In this document: piece after piece, positions 30,205 to 40,252 of the stretch
Position numbering within the stretch: position 1 is the stretch's first letter
How the letters are laid out: each line of letters begins with the position of its first letter
From: a virus
Strand: one strand, 5' to 3'
DNA length: 64,000 nt
Virus genome (UHGV): UHGV-1550212
Made by a program: the position numbers and the translations under genes
The notes under the pieces: model-generated
Told to the model about the DNA's origin: nothing
What the model saw: the letters and a program-made list of their open reading frames with translations, nothing else
Databases searched by the model: none

Positions 30205-33200
30205 TTATTTGTGTACTTTTATGCCTGCGCCTTCAAGCAATTCGAAGATGTCAATCAATATCGACATTACAGGATTGTCTGGGTCATCTGCAAATTCTGC
30301 ATATTTATCAGCGCCTTCTATAGGATTGTCTGCTGTGCCAAGTTTAAGCATTGGTTGATTTGCAATAGATGGCGTAGGCATTGCATTCATTGAACTGAAC
30401 TCATTCTGTTCATAGTTCTTTTTCAAGAATGTATCAAGAGTATCAAACAGTTTCTTAAGCGACTGCACCAGCGGCCCTTCAATGGTTGCTGCAACTTGTT
30501 TGAGTCCTGCAATCATTTCTTGTGATTGCAATGATTTATATTGAATGTCGAGCTTTGTCAGTTTTTCGAAGTTGAGTGAATTGATTGCAGTTTGAATGTT
30601 CTCAATGTTTGTTGCAGTAGATTGCAGTTCTTTATTGCGCTTGTCAAGGTTGCCATCAGCAAGAACATCAAAGAATGCGTCAAGAGATTTACCAACTGTT
30701 TGCACTCTATATGTGTTAATGCCTTGCATGCCATCAAACATTGATACGATAGCGCCTACTGCAGCTTTTGCTGTTGGTGCAAATGTCTTTTCAATGTAAT
30801 TGACATCAAGTTTTTGTTGCGAGAAGCCTGTTATGAGATTGACAAGTGGGTCAAGTATTGTGCCAATTCCATCAAAGCCAGCTTTTGCTTGTCGCATACG
30901 CTTCTTGAAATCTTCACGTTCAGCTGCGTTTATGCAAGCATTTACAAGAGAATCAATGACTGATTCAAGGCCTACACCAACTTTTGGCAATGCTTCAGAC
31001 AAATCAATTGTGCCGACAACTACGAGTTCACCATTTCGAGCTTCATATTTTGGGAACACAAGAGTCGCCATGCCCTTAATGCCCTCTGACAATTGATATA
31101 TGAGATTGCCAAGACCTGACAGCGCGTTGATTGCTTTCTTAGCGCCCTTTGCTTTGTCTTCAACGCCATCAAGAGCATTGACCATGACCTCAATGAATGT
31201 CGCAAGATTATTGCCAATGCTTACAAGTTCAGCGTCAGTCAAATTAACTTCTGACATTGTTTTGATTGTCTTTGCAAAGCTAAGCATCGACAAGCCAACA
31301 GCGCCAAGTGCTGCAGCGCCAGCAAGCGTAAATGGTAATGTGAATGGGTTGCCTGTCACAGTAGCAACGCCTACAAGAGCTGCAACAGTGCCAGCAATTG
31401 ATGCAACATCAAGGTCTTTGACTGCCTGCATCTTTTCAAGTGCAGCCGCAAAAACATATGTTGCTGCACCAGTAGCAGCCATTGCAGCTGCACCAAGCAA
31501 TGCAAGTGGACCAACCAAGCCAAGCGCAGTTGCTGCAGCAGTTACAGTAACTACAAATGCACCAAGTGCAAGCATTGTAGTGCCATCAACAGATTGAGCT
31601 TTGACAAGAGCGTTTGCATACATTGTAGTGCCGACTGCAGATAATACAAGTGCAGCGCCACCAAGCAATGCAGTCGCGCCCATATTGCCCAGAATTGCGA
31701 TTGCGCCAACATTTGCTGCAATAAACAAGCCCATCATGACAGCAGTCTCACCATCAACAGCATTTGCAATCAACAATGCGCCAGCAAGCAATGCAACGCC
31801 AACTGAGGTAATTATAAGCGCACCAGCAGCCATAAGCGGCGAGCCCTTGCTTGATAGAGCCATCAATGCTGCAAGTGCACCAGTTACAACTGCAAGCGCT
31901 GCACCAGCTTTACCCATGTCTTCCCAATCAAGCAGTTTGTAGGGCAACATTGCAATGCCAAGAATGCCAACTGCTGCAGCCATCACAATAACACCAGTAG
32001 CAATTGATAGCACTTGTTTGCTATCTTTTGCTACTCTTGTCATAACTGCAAATATCGTAGCAAGCACACCAATCCCAAGTGCAGCCTTGCCCATGTCTTC
32101 CCACTCAACAATTCGCCAAGCAAATATGCCAAGTGCAAGTGCACCAACCGCTGCAGCCATAGCAAGCACGCCTACACCAAGCTTTTGCATATCGCCATCT
32201 TTGCCAGCAAGACGATTTGCACCAGCCATTGCCAATGCAAGTGTAGTAATTGTTATTGCAGGCGCAAATGCATATGTGTAATCAGGTATGAGTTCATGCC
32301 AAGCCCAAATTGACAATGCAAGCACCGCTATTGAACCTGCAATCATCATCATTTGAGCACCGATGCCACCCTTAAGATTTGAGCCCTCTGTCTGCATTTT
32401 GCTGAATGCATCAGCATTGCCAGATAGCTTCATACCAAGGCCTGCACCTGCAGATGATATGCCATTTGCAAAGCCGATTGCAAGACCCAATGCAACAATG
32501 ACACCAAAGATTAAGCCAACAGATTCCCAGCTTGCTTCCATCAATTCACCTGCAGCAACCACTGCAAGCACAAACAGAGCAATTGAGCCTGATAGCATCA
32601 GCATTTCTTTGCCCACTGCATTCTGCTGTCCTTTCTTGCCGCCTGAACCAAACAGCGATTCACCAGACAATGCTTTGCCAAGCACCCATATTGCTCCACT
32701 GACAGCAAGCAAAGCAACTGAACCCATAACAACACCACTCCATGATACATTGCTAAATAGCATCATTGACAATGCGACCATGCTAAGCGCGCCTGCAATC
32801 ATCATGACATTCTTTGCACCAGCTGATGCATCTTTGTCAGTGATTTTGCCAATTGCCCAATATGCTGCAATGAATGTCAATGTGCCAAGCGTGAACATTC
32901 CAAGAGCTTCAAATGTCACAAGTTGACCAAATGACCATATTGTAAGACCCACAAGAGCAATTGCTGCAGCAGCTTTCATGACAACCTCTGTCGTTCTATC
33001 AAGAGATGCCACAAGTGATTCAACTTGGCTGACCATGTCAGCCACTGCAGTCATTGACTCTTTATGAGATTTCAGAGTTTCAGCAGCTTTCAAATACGAA
33101 TCGACAAGCTTATTCAAGGCAGCCTCAAATCTTGGAGCAGCCTTTTCAAGCCTGTCGACAATCAAATCGATAGCTTCAAGACCGCTTTCAAGCTGCAATC

Positions 33201-33918
33201 GTTTGACAGGCGACATATTTGTCAAAGAGTCAATGATTGTTGCAAAAGCAGTAGCTATCGTGCCCATTTTTGGGTCAATGTTGGGCGCATTGCTTGCATT
33301 GGCCTTGCTGTTTGCGATTGAGTCTTTTTCTTGACGTTCTGCAATGACGTCTGCAAATGTTGTCAGGTCATCAAGTTTTGATGACATCAATGCAAAGATG
33401 TTGCGTTGATTTTCCTCGATAACTTCAAGATAGACTCTTACAAGGTCACAATGTTGTGTAAATTCAGTATGTTGTGATTCAACATGCTCTGCAATCACAT
33501 CAAGCAAAACAGAAGCATCTGATATGTTTGTTGCAGCAGCTTTGTTTTCAATATGCTCTGCAATGATTTCAAGCAATGCGTTTGTGTCAGACAATAATGC
33601 AGATACTGATGTTGCTGAAGATGATTCGTCTGTTTGCAGTTCAGATATGATTTGAGCAAGACCTGCAAACATATTTGTTTCTGCACTCGAATCTTTTTCT
33701 TTCCATGATTGATACAAAACTGCACCAACAGTTGAGCACAATGACGCAACAATAGTGTCGTTGCCAACAATTGACATGAAAGTGTTTTCAAGCTTTGTCA
33801 GCTCATCATCACTGACATCAGTCGAAGATGCTGACGACGTGTCAGCATCTTCGAACTCTTGCCAGTTTGTTGGCTTGTCGCCTGTAGAATCGTAGACGTT
33901 TGTTTTGTCTTCAGCCAT
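30205..33918 (-). CDS. tail tape-measure protein
   Basis: 1237 aa, ATG confirmed. N-terminal coiled coil, then a long run of Ala/Gly-rich hydrophobic segments with a recurring WEDMGKA motif, then a helical C-terminal part: the usual TMP architecture and position upstream of baseplate/fibre genes. Confidence 0.6.
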   Translation of the reverse strand: MAEDKTNVYDSTGDKPTNWQEFEDADTSSASSTDVSDDELTKLENTFMSIVGNDTIVASLCSTVGAVLYQSWKEKDSSAETNMFAGLAQIISELQTDESSSATSVSALLSDTNALLEIIAEHIENKAAATNISDASVLLDVIAEHVESQHTEFTQHCDLVRVYLEVIEENQRNIFALMSSKLDDLTTFADVIAERQEKDSIANSKANASNAPNIDPKMGTIATAFATIIDSLTNMSPVKRLQLESGLEAIDLIVDRLEKAAPRFEAALNKLVDSYLKAAETLKSHKESMTAVADMVSQVESLVASLDRTTEVVMKAAAAIALVGLTIWSFGQLVTFEALGMFTLGTLTFIAAYWAIGKITDKDASAGAKNVMMIAGALSMVALSMMLFSNVSWSGVVMGSVALLAVSGAIWVLGKALSGESLFGSGGKKGQQNAVGKEMLMLSGSIALFVLAVVAAGELMEASWESVGLIFGVIVALGLAIGFANGISSAGAGLGMKLSGNADAFSKMQTEGSNLKGGIGAQMMMIAGSIAVLALSIWAWHELIPDYTYAFAPAITITTLALAMAGANRLAGKDGDMQKLGVGVLAMAAAVGALALGIFAWRIVEWEDMGKAALGIGVLATIFAVMTRVAKDSKQVLSIATGVIVMAAAVGILGIAMLPYKLLDWEDMGKAGAALAVVTGALAALMALSSKGSPLMAAGALIITSVGVALLAGALLIANAVDGETAVMMGLFIAANVGAIAILGNMGATALLGGAALVLSAVGTTMYANALVKAQSVDGTTMLALGAFVVTVTAAATALGLVGPLALLGAAAMAATGAATYVFAAALEKMQAVKDLDVASIAGTVAALVGVATVTGNPFTLPFTLAGAAALGAVGLSMLSFAKTIKTMSEVNLTDAELVSIGNNLATFIEVMVNALDGVEDKAKGAKKAINALSGLGNLIYQLSEGIKGMATLVFPKYEARNGELVVVGTIDLSEALPKVGVGLESVIDSLVNACINAAEREDFKKRMRQAKAGFDGIGTILDPLVNLITGFSQQKLDVNYIEKTFAPTAKAAVGAIVSMFDGMQGINTYRVQTVGKSLDAFFDVLADGNLDKRNKELQSTATNIENIQTAINSLNFEKLTKLDIQYKSLQSQEMIAGLKQVAATIEGPLVQSLKKLFDTLDTFLKKNYEQNEFSSMNAMPTPSIANQPMLKLGTADNPIEGADKYAEFADDPDNPVMSILIDIFELLEGAGIKVHK

Positions 33919-33927
33919 AGTGTATCA

Positions 33928-34182
33928 TCAGAACTTTGGCAGTTCAAAATTATTGTTGAACTTTGGCATTGGCAGACTTGTCGGCATCATTGACTTTGCT
34001 TTGCGCATATATGCATCTTGTTGAGCCTTGATGCTTTTATGAGTACCGCTTTGTGAATCAGCATCGCCTTTTCGAGCTTCTTCTTCAGTTTTGATAAGCT
34101 CAAGAACATCATCCAGCAGCCATTGATATTCATAGTATGGCAATGCGTCCAATTCAGAAAACTGAAGAGGACATTTTTGCAT
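33928..34182 (-). CDS. hypothetical small protein
   Basis: Track ORF 33928..34326; first 48 codons overlap the upstream gene, so ATG 34180-34182 (MQKCPLQF), 17 nt after the upstream stop, is used; 84 aa. Confidence 0.35.
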   Translation of the reverse strand: MQKCPLQFSELDALPYYEYQWLLDDVLELIKTEEEARKGDADSQSGTHKSIKAQQDAYMRKAKSMMPTSLPMPKFNNNFELPKF

Positions 34183-34198
34183 GATGTATATGCGATTC

Positions 34199-35221
34199 TT
34201 ACAAAAGTTCCGATTCGAGATTTTGAACTGGTTGAAAAATCTGCTTGATTCCCTCTGGAAATCGAAACGGGGCTTCACCCTCCATGTGACACTTCGGGCA
34301 AGTGAACTTGATATTGTTAGATGCAAGAATCATGCACTTAGACAGAATCTTCAGCTTAAGCGGCAATTCTTTGAATGCATCCATTGCTTGGAACGACTGA
34401 CAAATTTGCTCAGCTTTCTTGACATTAAGACCTCGCCAATCAGGTGTAAGCCACTGAGCTGCAAGAATGTATGTCTTTGCGTTCATCAATGTGTCTTTGT
34501 CAAGTGTTCGCATGTACTCTGCAAAAACTTTGCCAACGCCGATTGTCGATGGCTTGAGTACAAGTTCGCCATACGAACGAGTTTGAACTCGATAGCAGCC
34601 GGTTTCAGAATCAATGTATTTGTCCATTGATTCATCGGGCTCATCCCAAGTCATATTGTCAGCAGTTAAGTCAAGCTTAAAATTATGCTTGCAAGTGCCT
34701 GATGAAATTTCCAGCGTAATCGGGTTTGTCAGCTCAGAGTTCTCAGGGAATGTGAGGTCGTGAATCAACATTATCAGGTACCACTTGTCGTGTTCGTATA
34801 TATCATCAACTGACCAATGATTCATGCCAGACTTGCTGACGCATCGAACGCATACCTTAACAATGTCGTTCAAATATGTTGCTGCTTCAGCTGGATTTGC
34901 ATTGTCATCAAGATTCGACCAGTGACGAATTTCACCTGCTCGACATGCTCGATAGATAATTTGCAAATCACTTGGGTACAGTCGACCTTGCTTAGCAAGC
35001 TTCGTCATGTCAACATTGAACCAGCCAGTGTCTGTAACTTCTGATTGACGTGCTCTTTCTGCAATACGCTCTTGAGCTACTTCAGTTGCAGCATCAATTG
35101 CGCTATCATTGACTCTTGTAGCTGCTTCAGCTTCTTCTACTACAGATGCAAGCGGATTGTTTCTACCCGCATTCTCACCGCCATCTGCTGGAATGACGAG
35201 ACGTTTCTTTTCTTGTGGCAT
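34199..35221 (-). CDS. hypothetical protein (tail module, upstream of tape measure)
   Basis: Track ORF 34199..35284; start placed at ATG 35219-35221 (MPQEKKRLVIP); 340 aa. Confidence 0.45.
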   Translation of the reverse strand: MPQEKKRLVIPADGGENAGRNNPLASVVEEAEAATRVNDSAIDAATEVAQERIAERARQSEVTDTGWFNVDMTKLAKQGRLYPSDLQIIYRACRAGEIRHWSNLDDNANPAEAATYLNDIVKVCVRCVSKSGMNHWSVDDIYEHDKWYLIMLIHDLTFPENSELTNPITLEISSGTCKHNFKLDLTADNMTWDEPDESMDKYIDSETGCYRVQTRSYGELVLKPSTIGVGKVFAEYMRTLDKDTLMNAKTYILAAQWLTPDWRGLNVKKAEQICQSFQAMDAFKELPLKLKILSKCMILASNNIKFTCPKCHMEGEAPFRFPEGIKQIFQPVQNLESELL

Positions 35222-35289
35222 ATTGTAATGTATTTGAATGGTTTTGAATATGTATTTGAGATGTGCACACATTGAAAATATCACACAAA

Positions 35290-36585
35290 CTATTGTTTGC
35301 GTTGTAATGTCAGTAGTCCACAGTCATATACAGGTAAAAATCCTGCAGCATTGTAGTCTTCTGCATGTGATATGTCATTGTCTATAAAATGCTCACCAGT
35401 TCGCATATTATGCCAATGACATTGTATAACATTGCTTACTAATTTATAGTCATCTACATATTTTGTAGGGTCTTCTTTTGACAAGTCTATTGTAATAACG
35501 TCGGCAGTTTTCAATTGTTCTGTGTCATCGATGATTGACTTTAGCAATGCGACAATTGTATCAGCGTCATCCCAATCCCAAATTGTGACGCATCGATAGC
35601 CTTGCGACATTGCTTTGCAACATTTGTCTGCATGACTATTTGCATGTCTATGCCAATTTGCTGCAGAGCGGCCTGTCATATACTCAAAGCTATACGCACT
35701 ATTATGCGTAAACGTTGGATTGATTTCAATTGCTATGTTCTCATAGCGTAAGTCATATGTAAATGATTCTATTTGCGGTTGCTCAAACTCAAATTGAACG
35801 TTAAGCGATTCTAACAAGTATCGTTGCCACCATTGATTTTGCTTAGATATGATGTGACCTTGCGCAAGTTTACAATGTGTAGTCATGCAATAATATGGCA
35901 CACCATAACGCATCATATTTGTACGTACAACTGCTTGTGTGCGTCGTTTTAAGTCACCGCCCCACTTGTTGCCATACCGTTCAAGCTTTGTTTGCGTTGC
36001 CAGTTGTATATTCACACATCCATTTGCTTTGCCATATCGTTCAAGTTTGACTTGCGTAATTTTGTCCATAGGCCCAAATGCATTACCAAATTGTGCAATC
36101 TTTGTAGCTTTCATTTTGTCAATATTGCCAACACCTTTGCTGCCAAATCGAACAAGCTTAGTGTCGCCAACTTTGCATTTAACATCATGCAATTGTGATA
36201 TGAATTCTACACCGTATTTGAGCAAGTTATTGATGCGACCATTATAACGCTGTTTAATGATGCCATGCGATGTTTTGCGTGGTGCATAACGAACAAATGG
36301 TGTATTAGCAAGTTCAGCATCTCGCAATTCTTCAAGTTCTTTTATTCGAGCTGCATGTTCAGATGCGTTATCATATTGCAACGCGCCAGCATGACGTTCA
36401 TATGGCAATCTTCCATGCTTACGTATGAAAGCAATTTTGTTTGCATATTGCACACGTATCTTACTATGTGTAGATACTCTTGCGCTTAATTTTGCATATG
36501 GCGTTTCTGCAATCAATTTATCACGTTCAGCTTCAAGTTCTTTTATTCGAGCTTCAAGAGCATCACCAGTTAGTCGTTCAGCCAT
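35290..36585 (-). CDS. homing-endonuclease-like protein, paralogue 2 (with internal N-terminal module duplication)
   Basis: Track ORF 35290..36633; start placed at ATG 36583-36585 (MAERLTGDALEARIKELE). Coiled-coil N-terminal module present twice (nt 36300-36360 and 36500-36560 share CTTCAAGTTCTTTTATTCGAGC), R/K-YG repeats, C-terminal block IEINPTFTHNS ... VYDCG. Divergently adjacent to the terminase start. Confidence 0.4.
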   Translation of the reverse strand: MAERLTGDALEARIKELEAERDKLIAETPYAKLSARVSTHSKIRVQYANKIAFIRKHGRLPYERHAGALQYDNASEHAARIKELEELRDAELANTPFVRYAPRKTSHGIIKQRYNGRINNLLKYGVEFISQLHDVKCKVGDTKLVRFGSKGVGNIDKMKATKIAQFGNAFGPMDKITQVKLERYGKANGCVNIQLATQTKLERYGNKWGGDLKRRTQAVVRTNMMRYGVPYYCMTTHCKLAQGHIISKQNQWWQRYLLESLNVQFEFEQPQIESFTYDLRYENIAIEINPTFTHNSAYSFEYMTGRSAANWHRHANSHADKCCKAMSQGYRCVTIWDWDDADTIVALLKSIIDDTEQLKTADVITIDLSKEDPTKYVDDYKLVSNVIQCHWHNMRTGEHFIDNDISHAEDYNAAGFLPVYDCGLLTLQRKQ

Positions 36586-36652
36586 TGTGCATGAATGTTC
36601 AATATGTAAATTCACTATATGTACATATAACACGAATATTCAAGTTAGATGC

Positions 36653-38644
36653 ATGGCTGAAGTCAAGAATCAAGTGTTTAATCCAGTAGCACAATTCAAA
36701 TCTGCTGAAGAAAAAGAAGCTGCGAAAGTTATATGGTGCAGTGAATCAGTCGCAATGGCATATGATGCAGTTGACCAAGGCTTGCCACTTAGAGCAAATC
36801 CGTGGTTCTTTGGCAATATTGCACTGCGTAAGCCCGGATTGCTATACAGATACACTGACATAGAATTGCGTGAATGGCTTAGATGCAAGTATGACATATT
36901 ATATTTTGCTGACACATGGTGTCAGATTTTAACTCCAGATGGCACAAGAAAGCATTTTAATTTGAGACCATATCAACGCAAAATGCTGCGTGCATATCAA
37001 CGACAAAAGTATACGATAGTTCTTACTGGGCGACAAGTAGGCAAAACGGTCGTTACATCAGTATTTCTCGCTTGGGCAGTCATTTTCAATCGTGAGCTTA
37101 ACATAGCAGTACTTGGCGACCGCTTGGCAACATCAAGTGAAAACCTGAACAAAACAAAAGACATCATAAACAATCTGCCGTTCTTTATGAAGCCTGGTGT
37201 GTTTGTTTGGAATGGCGGAATGGTCGCATTTGACAATGGTTGCAAAATTATCACAGGTACTGCTCAAAAGTCATCACTTGTCGGTAAGACAATTCACATC
37301 TTATATCTTGATGAGCTCGCAATTCCACCTGCTCAGCAATCAAAGACTCTTGTAGATTATGCATTGCCAACAATTGCGTCATTGCCAACTGGCAAAGTTA
37401 TCGTAACATCTACGCCATCTGGTGATAATGTGTTCAAGACTTTGTGGCTTGGTGCAATTAACAAAACAAATGGCTTCTTTCCAATTCAAGTAAACTGGTG
37501 GGATATTCCTGGCCGTGATGAAAAGTGGAAAGCTGAGCAAATCGCAATTCTTGGTGAAGATGCTTTCAATGAGCAATACAACTGCGTGTTCTTGTCAGGT
37601 GCAACGTCAATTTTCAATTCAAGAGCAATTGATGATATTGCAAGACGACAGCAAAAGTATGAATTTGTTGCTGATGAGCGTCTTGAATCACTACTCAGAT
37701 TCTTCATTGCTGATTCAGATGTCGGCACTGAACCCGAGCCGCACTCATTTATGACTTGGCGTGCAGATATTGACCCAGCAACACTCAAAAATGAAACATG
37801 TATCATCAATATTGACATTGCTGAAGGTTTATCTGGCGACTTTTCTGTCATACATGTGCATCGTATAGTTGACATTACAAAAGATGTTGAACTTGAACTT
37901 GATGCAAGCAATCTGTATGATATGTTTGACGATGACAAAAAATCATTGTTTGCAAAAGCAGTTGAAATGCAACGTCAAATGTCAGCAACACAAGCTCAAG
38001 ATGATGACGATGATGACGATGACGACTGGTTTGGCGCAGACGATGATGTCGCTCAAGGCGTTGATGCATATCAAGATTATGCGAATGCTGCAGTAGAAGA
38101 GATTGGCTTATGGCGTTCAAATGTGACATCAATCAAAGTCATGGCTCTGTATTTGCAGTTCTTAATGACGTATGTGTTTGATGCAAACAAAACAAAGATT
38201 ATCTATGAACGCAACAAATATGGTGGAGAGTTTCGTTCATATTGTTTGTCTGAACGTGCACGCAATATTGCAATTGATGAAGAGAGCTTCGTAAGCTTCC
38301 AACGAACTCTTGGTTCAGAACAACTTGCACCAGGCTGTTCAATTACGCCTGGCACCAAACCAGTGTACGTAAGACAGCTCAAAGACCTTATTGAAACTGG
38401 CAAGATTCTTGAAAACAATGCAGATACGCAAAGAGAGCTTACATATTTTGGCGGTGTCAAAGGCAAGAATGGTCACGTGTCATATCAGGCGTCACCTGGC
38501 TTCCATGATGACATTGCAATGACTCTTGTATCTCTTGCAGCATTTATGGACACTCGATGCAATGACTGGCTTGAACTGCTTGATGTGTTCTACAATGGCA
38601 GCAGTCAAACAAGTTCTGATGATGACGATGATGACTGGATTTGA
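36653..38644 (+). CDS. terminase large subunit
   Basis: ATG at 36653 (MAEVKNQV); the track's 36425 start overlaps the neighbouring minus-strand gene. ATPase motifs LTGRQVGKT (Walker A) and ILYLDELA (Walker B), followed by a nuclease-type C-terminal half. Contains an internal D9-W-F tract (38000-38029) and ends DDDDDDWI. Confidence 0.7.
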   Translation: MAEVKNQVFNPVAQFKSAEEKEAAKVIWCSESVAMAYDAVDQGLPLRANPWFFGNIALRKPGLLYRYTDIELREWLRCKYDILYFADTWCQILTPDGTRKHFNLRPYQRKMLRAYQRQKYTIVLTGRQVGKTVVTSVFLAWAVIFNRELNIAVLGDRLATSSENLNKTKDIINNLPFFMKPGVFVWNGGMVAFDNGCKIITGTAQKSSLVGKTIHILYLDELAIPPAQQSKTLVDYALPTIASLPTGKVIVTSTPSGDNVFKTLWLGAINKTNGFFPIQVNWWDIPGRDEKWKAEQIAILGEDAFNEQYNCVFLSGATSIFNSRAIDDIARRQQKYEFVADERLESLLRFFIADSDVGTEPEPHSFMTWRADIDPATLKNETCIINIDIAEGLSGDFSVIHVHRIVDITKDVELELDASNLYDMFDDDKKSLFAKAVEMQRQMSATQAQDDDDDDDDDWFGADDDVAQGVDAYQDYANAAVEEIGLWRSNVTSIKVMALYLQFLMTYVFDANKTKIIYERNKYGGEFRSYCLSERARNIAIDEESFVSFQRTLGSEQLAPGCSITPGTKPVYVRQLKDLIETGKILENNADTQRELTYFGGVKGKNGHVSYQASPGFHDDIAMTLVSLAAFMDTRCNDWLELLDVFYNGSSQTSSDDDDDDWI

Positions 38645-38651
38645 TTTGTGA

Positions 38652-38709
38652 CACATCATCACAAAACAAGCCAGCAGAATTGTCTGCTGGCTTGTTTTGT
38701 GATGATGTG
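38652..38709. terminator. long perfect hairpin between convergent genes (bidirectional terminator)
   Basis: 27-bp arms CACATCATCACAAAACAAGCCAGCAGA / TCTGCTGGCTTGTTTTGTGATGATGTG with a 4-nt loop; between the terminase stop (38644) and the DHFR stop (38713). Confidence 0.6.
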
Positions 38710-38712
38710 CTG

Positions 38713-39216
38713 TCATCGTTTTCGATGGAAGACTTTGAATTTGTATCGTAACGTTCTGTCATTATCTGTGCATGTGTATAGTGCAGACTCAGATTTTTTA
38801 GTCCACATTCGCCAATTGACTGCAGGAAATCGAACGTCGCCTTCAGCATAATTGTCAATCATCGTCAAGTACATTCTGTCTGCATAAATCATTGCTTCTT
38901 CAAACAACTTAGAACCGCCGATGATAAACATGTTAGACGCAAATGCAGACTTGCAATATGCTATTGCATTGGCTAGCGTGCTAAATACGAAATAGTCGCT
39001 TGTTGGCTGCAATGTAGAGCTTATAACAATGTTAATTCTGTCGGGCAAGGGCTTGCAATTCATCGACTCAAAAGTCTTACGACCCATGATGACAATGTGA
39101 TTCTTTGTGAGTTTCTTGAAGTGCTGCAAGTCATGTGGAATATGCCAGGGCAAATCACCATTGCGACCTATGACATTGTTATTTGATACTGCTGCTATGA
39201 TATTGATGTATTGCAT
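38713..39216 (-). CDS. folA: dihydrofolate reductase
   Basis: 167 aa, ATG confirmed. IIAAVSNNNVIGRNGDLPWHIP...IVIMGRKTFESM...FIIGGSKLFEEAM aligns motif-for-motif with bacterial/T4 DHFR (IAALAVDRVIGMENAMPW...VIMGRHTWESIG...MVIGGGRVYEQFL). Confidence 0.8.
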   Translation of the reverse strand: MQYINIIAAVSNNNVIGRNGDLPWHIPHDLQHFKKLTKNHIVIMGRKTFESMNCKPLPDRINIVISSTLQPTSDYFVFSTLANAIAYCKSAFASNMFIIGGSKLFEEAMIYADRMYLTMIDNYAEGDVRFPAVNWRMWTKKSESALYTCTDNDRTLRYKFKVFHRKR

Positions 39217-39231
39217 TGTTGATGAAGTTGT

Positions 39232-39537
39232 TTATAATGAGTCAGACACTACAGATGCATATTGCAAGACCTGTTTGCGAATATCACTGCCAATCAGTCG
39301 TTCATACTGCAGACGCAGTTTTGTAACTGTCATATTATCTGGCAGTTCTTTGATTTTGATGAACACACCAGCTCTATGACCTTTATCGATGTAGCCGCAT
39401 TTTTCACACATATTGCGCAAATTGTCGACGTATGACTCTTTGTCATTGACTGCAGATAGCATTTGCTGTCTGCTAAATGAATCGCCAATTGCAATTGATG
39501 CTATGAATTGTTTGAATGAATCCCAAGCAGTCATCAC
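39232..39537 (-). CDS. hypothetical protein
   Basis: 101-aa ORF abutting the DHFR gene. Confidence 0.4.
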   Translation of the reverse strand: MMTAWDSFKQFIASIAIGDSFSRQQMLSAVNDKESYVDNLRNMCEKCGYIDKGHRAGVFIKIKELPDNMTVTKLRLQYERLIGSDIRKQVLQYASVVSDSL

Positions 39538-39989
39538 ATATTTGACTTATAAGTTTCACAGCGTTTCCAATCTGTTGCAGACTTCAAGCCCTTCAAGTAT
39601 TCTACATACATTGGGTGCTCCCATGCAGGGTCATCAGTCACAGCAACATAGCCTTTGCTATGCTTATCTTTGTCAATAAGCATCTCTGCGTATTTTGGTG
39701 CAAGCAGTCGTTTGTTTGCAGCCCAAGCAAAATGACATTTGACAAAGTGCCGCGTAATTCTTGTGTATGCTGCTTTGACAGACTTTAGCATATCAGGGTC
39801 TGCAATGACATCTGACAAATTCTGTGGTGCTGCAGCAATGAAAACTGCTTCACAGTCTTTGTGCTTTGCCGCAATTTGCTGCAGCAAGTCTTCATGTGAA
39901 TTGAGATGCAGAATCGTCGAACAGATGACCACGATATCTGTTGCAGGTTCGATTCGCTTTGCTTGTTCTTTAAGAGATGGTTGTTCCAT
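39534..39989 (-). CDS. hypothetical protein
   Basis: 151-aa ORF, ATG confirmed. Confidence 0.45.
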   Translation of the reverse strand: MEQPSLKEQAKRIEPATDIVVICSTILHLNSHEDLLQQIAAKHKDCEAVFIAAAPQNLSDVIADPDMLKSVKAAYTRITRHFVKCHFAWAANKRLLAPKYAEMLIDKDKHSKGYVAVTDDPAWEHPMYVEYLKGLKSATDWKRCETYKSNM

Positions 39990-39995
39990 GTTGTG

Positions 39996-40250
39996 TCAGA
40001 TTTTGATATGTCGTAGCAAAATTTTATGCAAATTCAACAATGATTGCGCTGCATATGCTGTATTTGGTTGAAGCTCTTTGCAGTTGTCGCATTTCAATGA
40101 CAGTTCAGTTATTTGAGCATCTGTGTCAATGTCAATTGCAGTTTGGCAAACTACACATTGCCATTTAAGTGTATGTGTATGCAAGTTGTTTACGAACAAC
40201 GTAGAGCCAAACTTGTCTTGCCAGTCTTCTGCGCATTTTGGATGAAACAT
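39996..40250 (-). CDS. small zinc-ribbon-like protein
   Basis: Track start 40256 is TTG; ATG at 40248-40250. Two C-x2-C pairs (CVVCQ ... CDNCK). Confidence 0.4.
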   Translation of the reverse strand: MFHPKCAEDWQDKFGSTLFVNNLHTHTLKWQCVVCQTAIDIDTDAQITELSLKCDNCKELQPNTAYAAQSLLNLHKILLRHIKI

Positions 40251-40252
40251 TG

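Noticed and set aside
30596-32926. Plus-strand ORFs antisense to the tape-measure gene (31100..31597, 31601..31942, 32363..32926).
   Set aside because: Shadow frames of the Ala/Gly-rich tape-measure coding sequence; no independent start context.
33928-35284. Programmed -1 frameshift between the overlapping ORFs just upstream of the tape-measure gene (tail assembly chaperone G/GT type).
   Set aside because: The downstream ORF has its own ATG (34180-34182) 17 nt after the upstream stop, so the overlap comes from the track's upstream extension; no slippery heptamer was identified.
36425-36652. 5' extension of the terminase ORF to 36425.
   Set aside because: It overlaps the 3'-proximal coding part of the convergent minus-strand HEG-like gene and translates poorly (MKAILFAYCTRILLCVDTLALNF); the terminase-like sequence starts at MAEVKNQ (36653).
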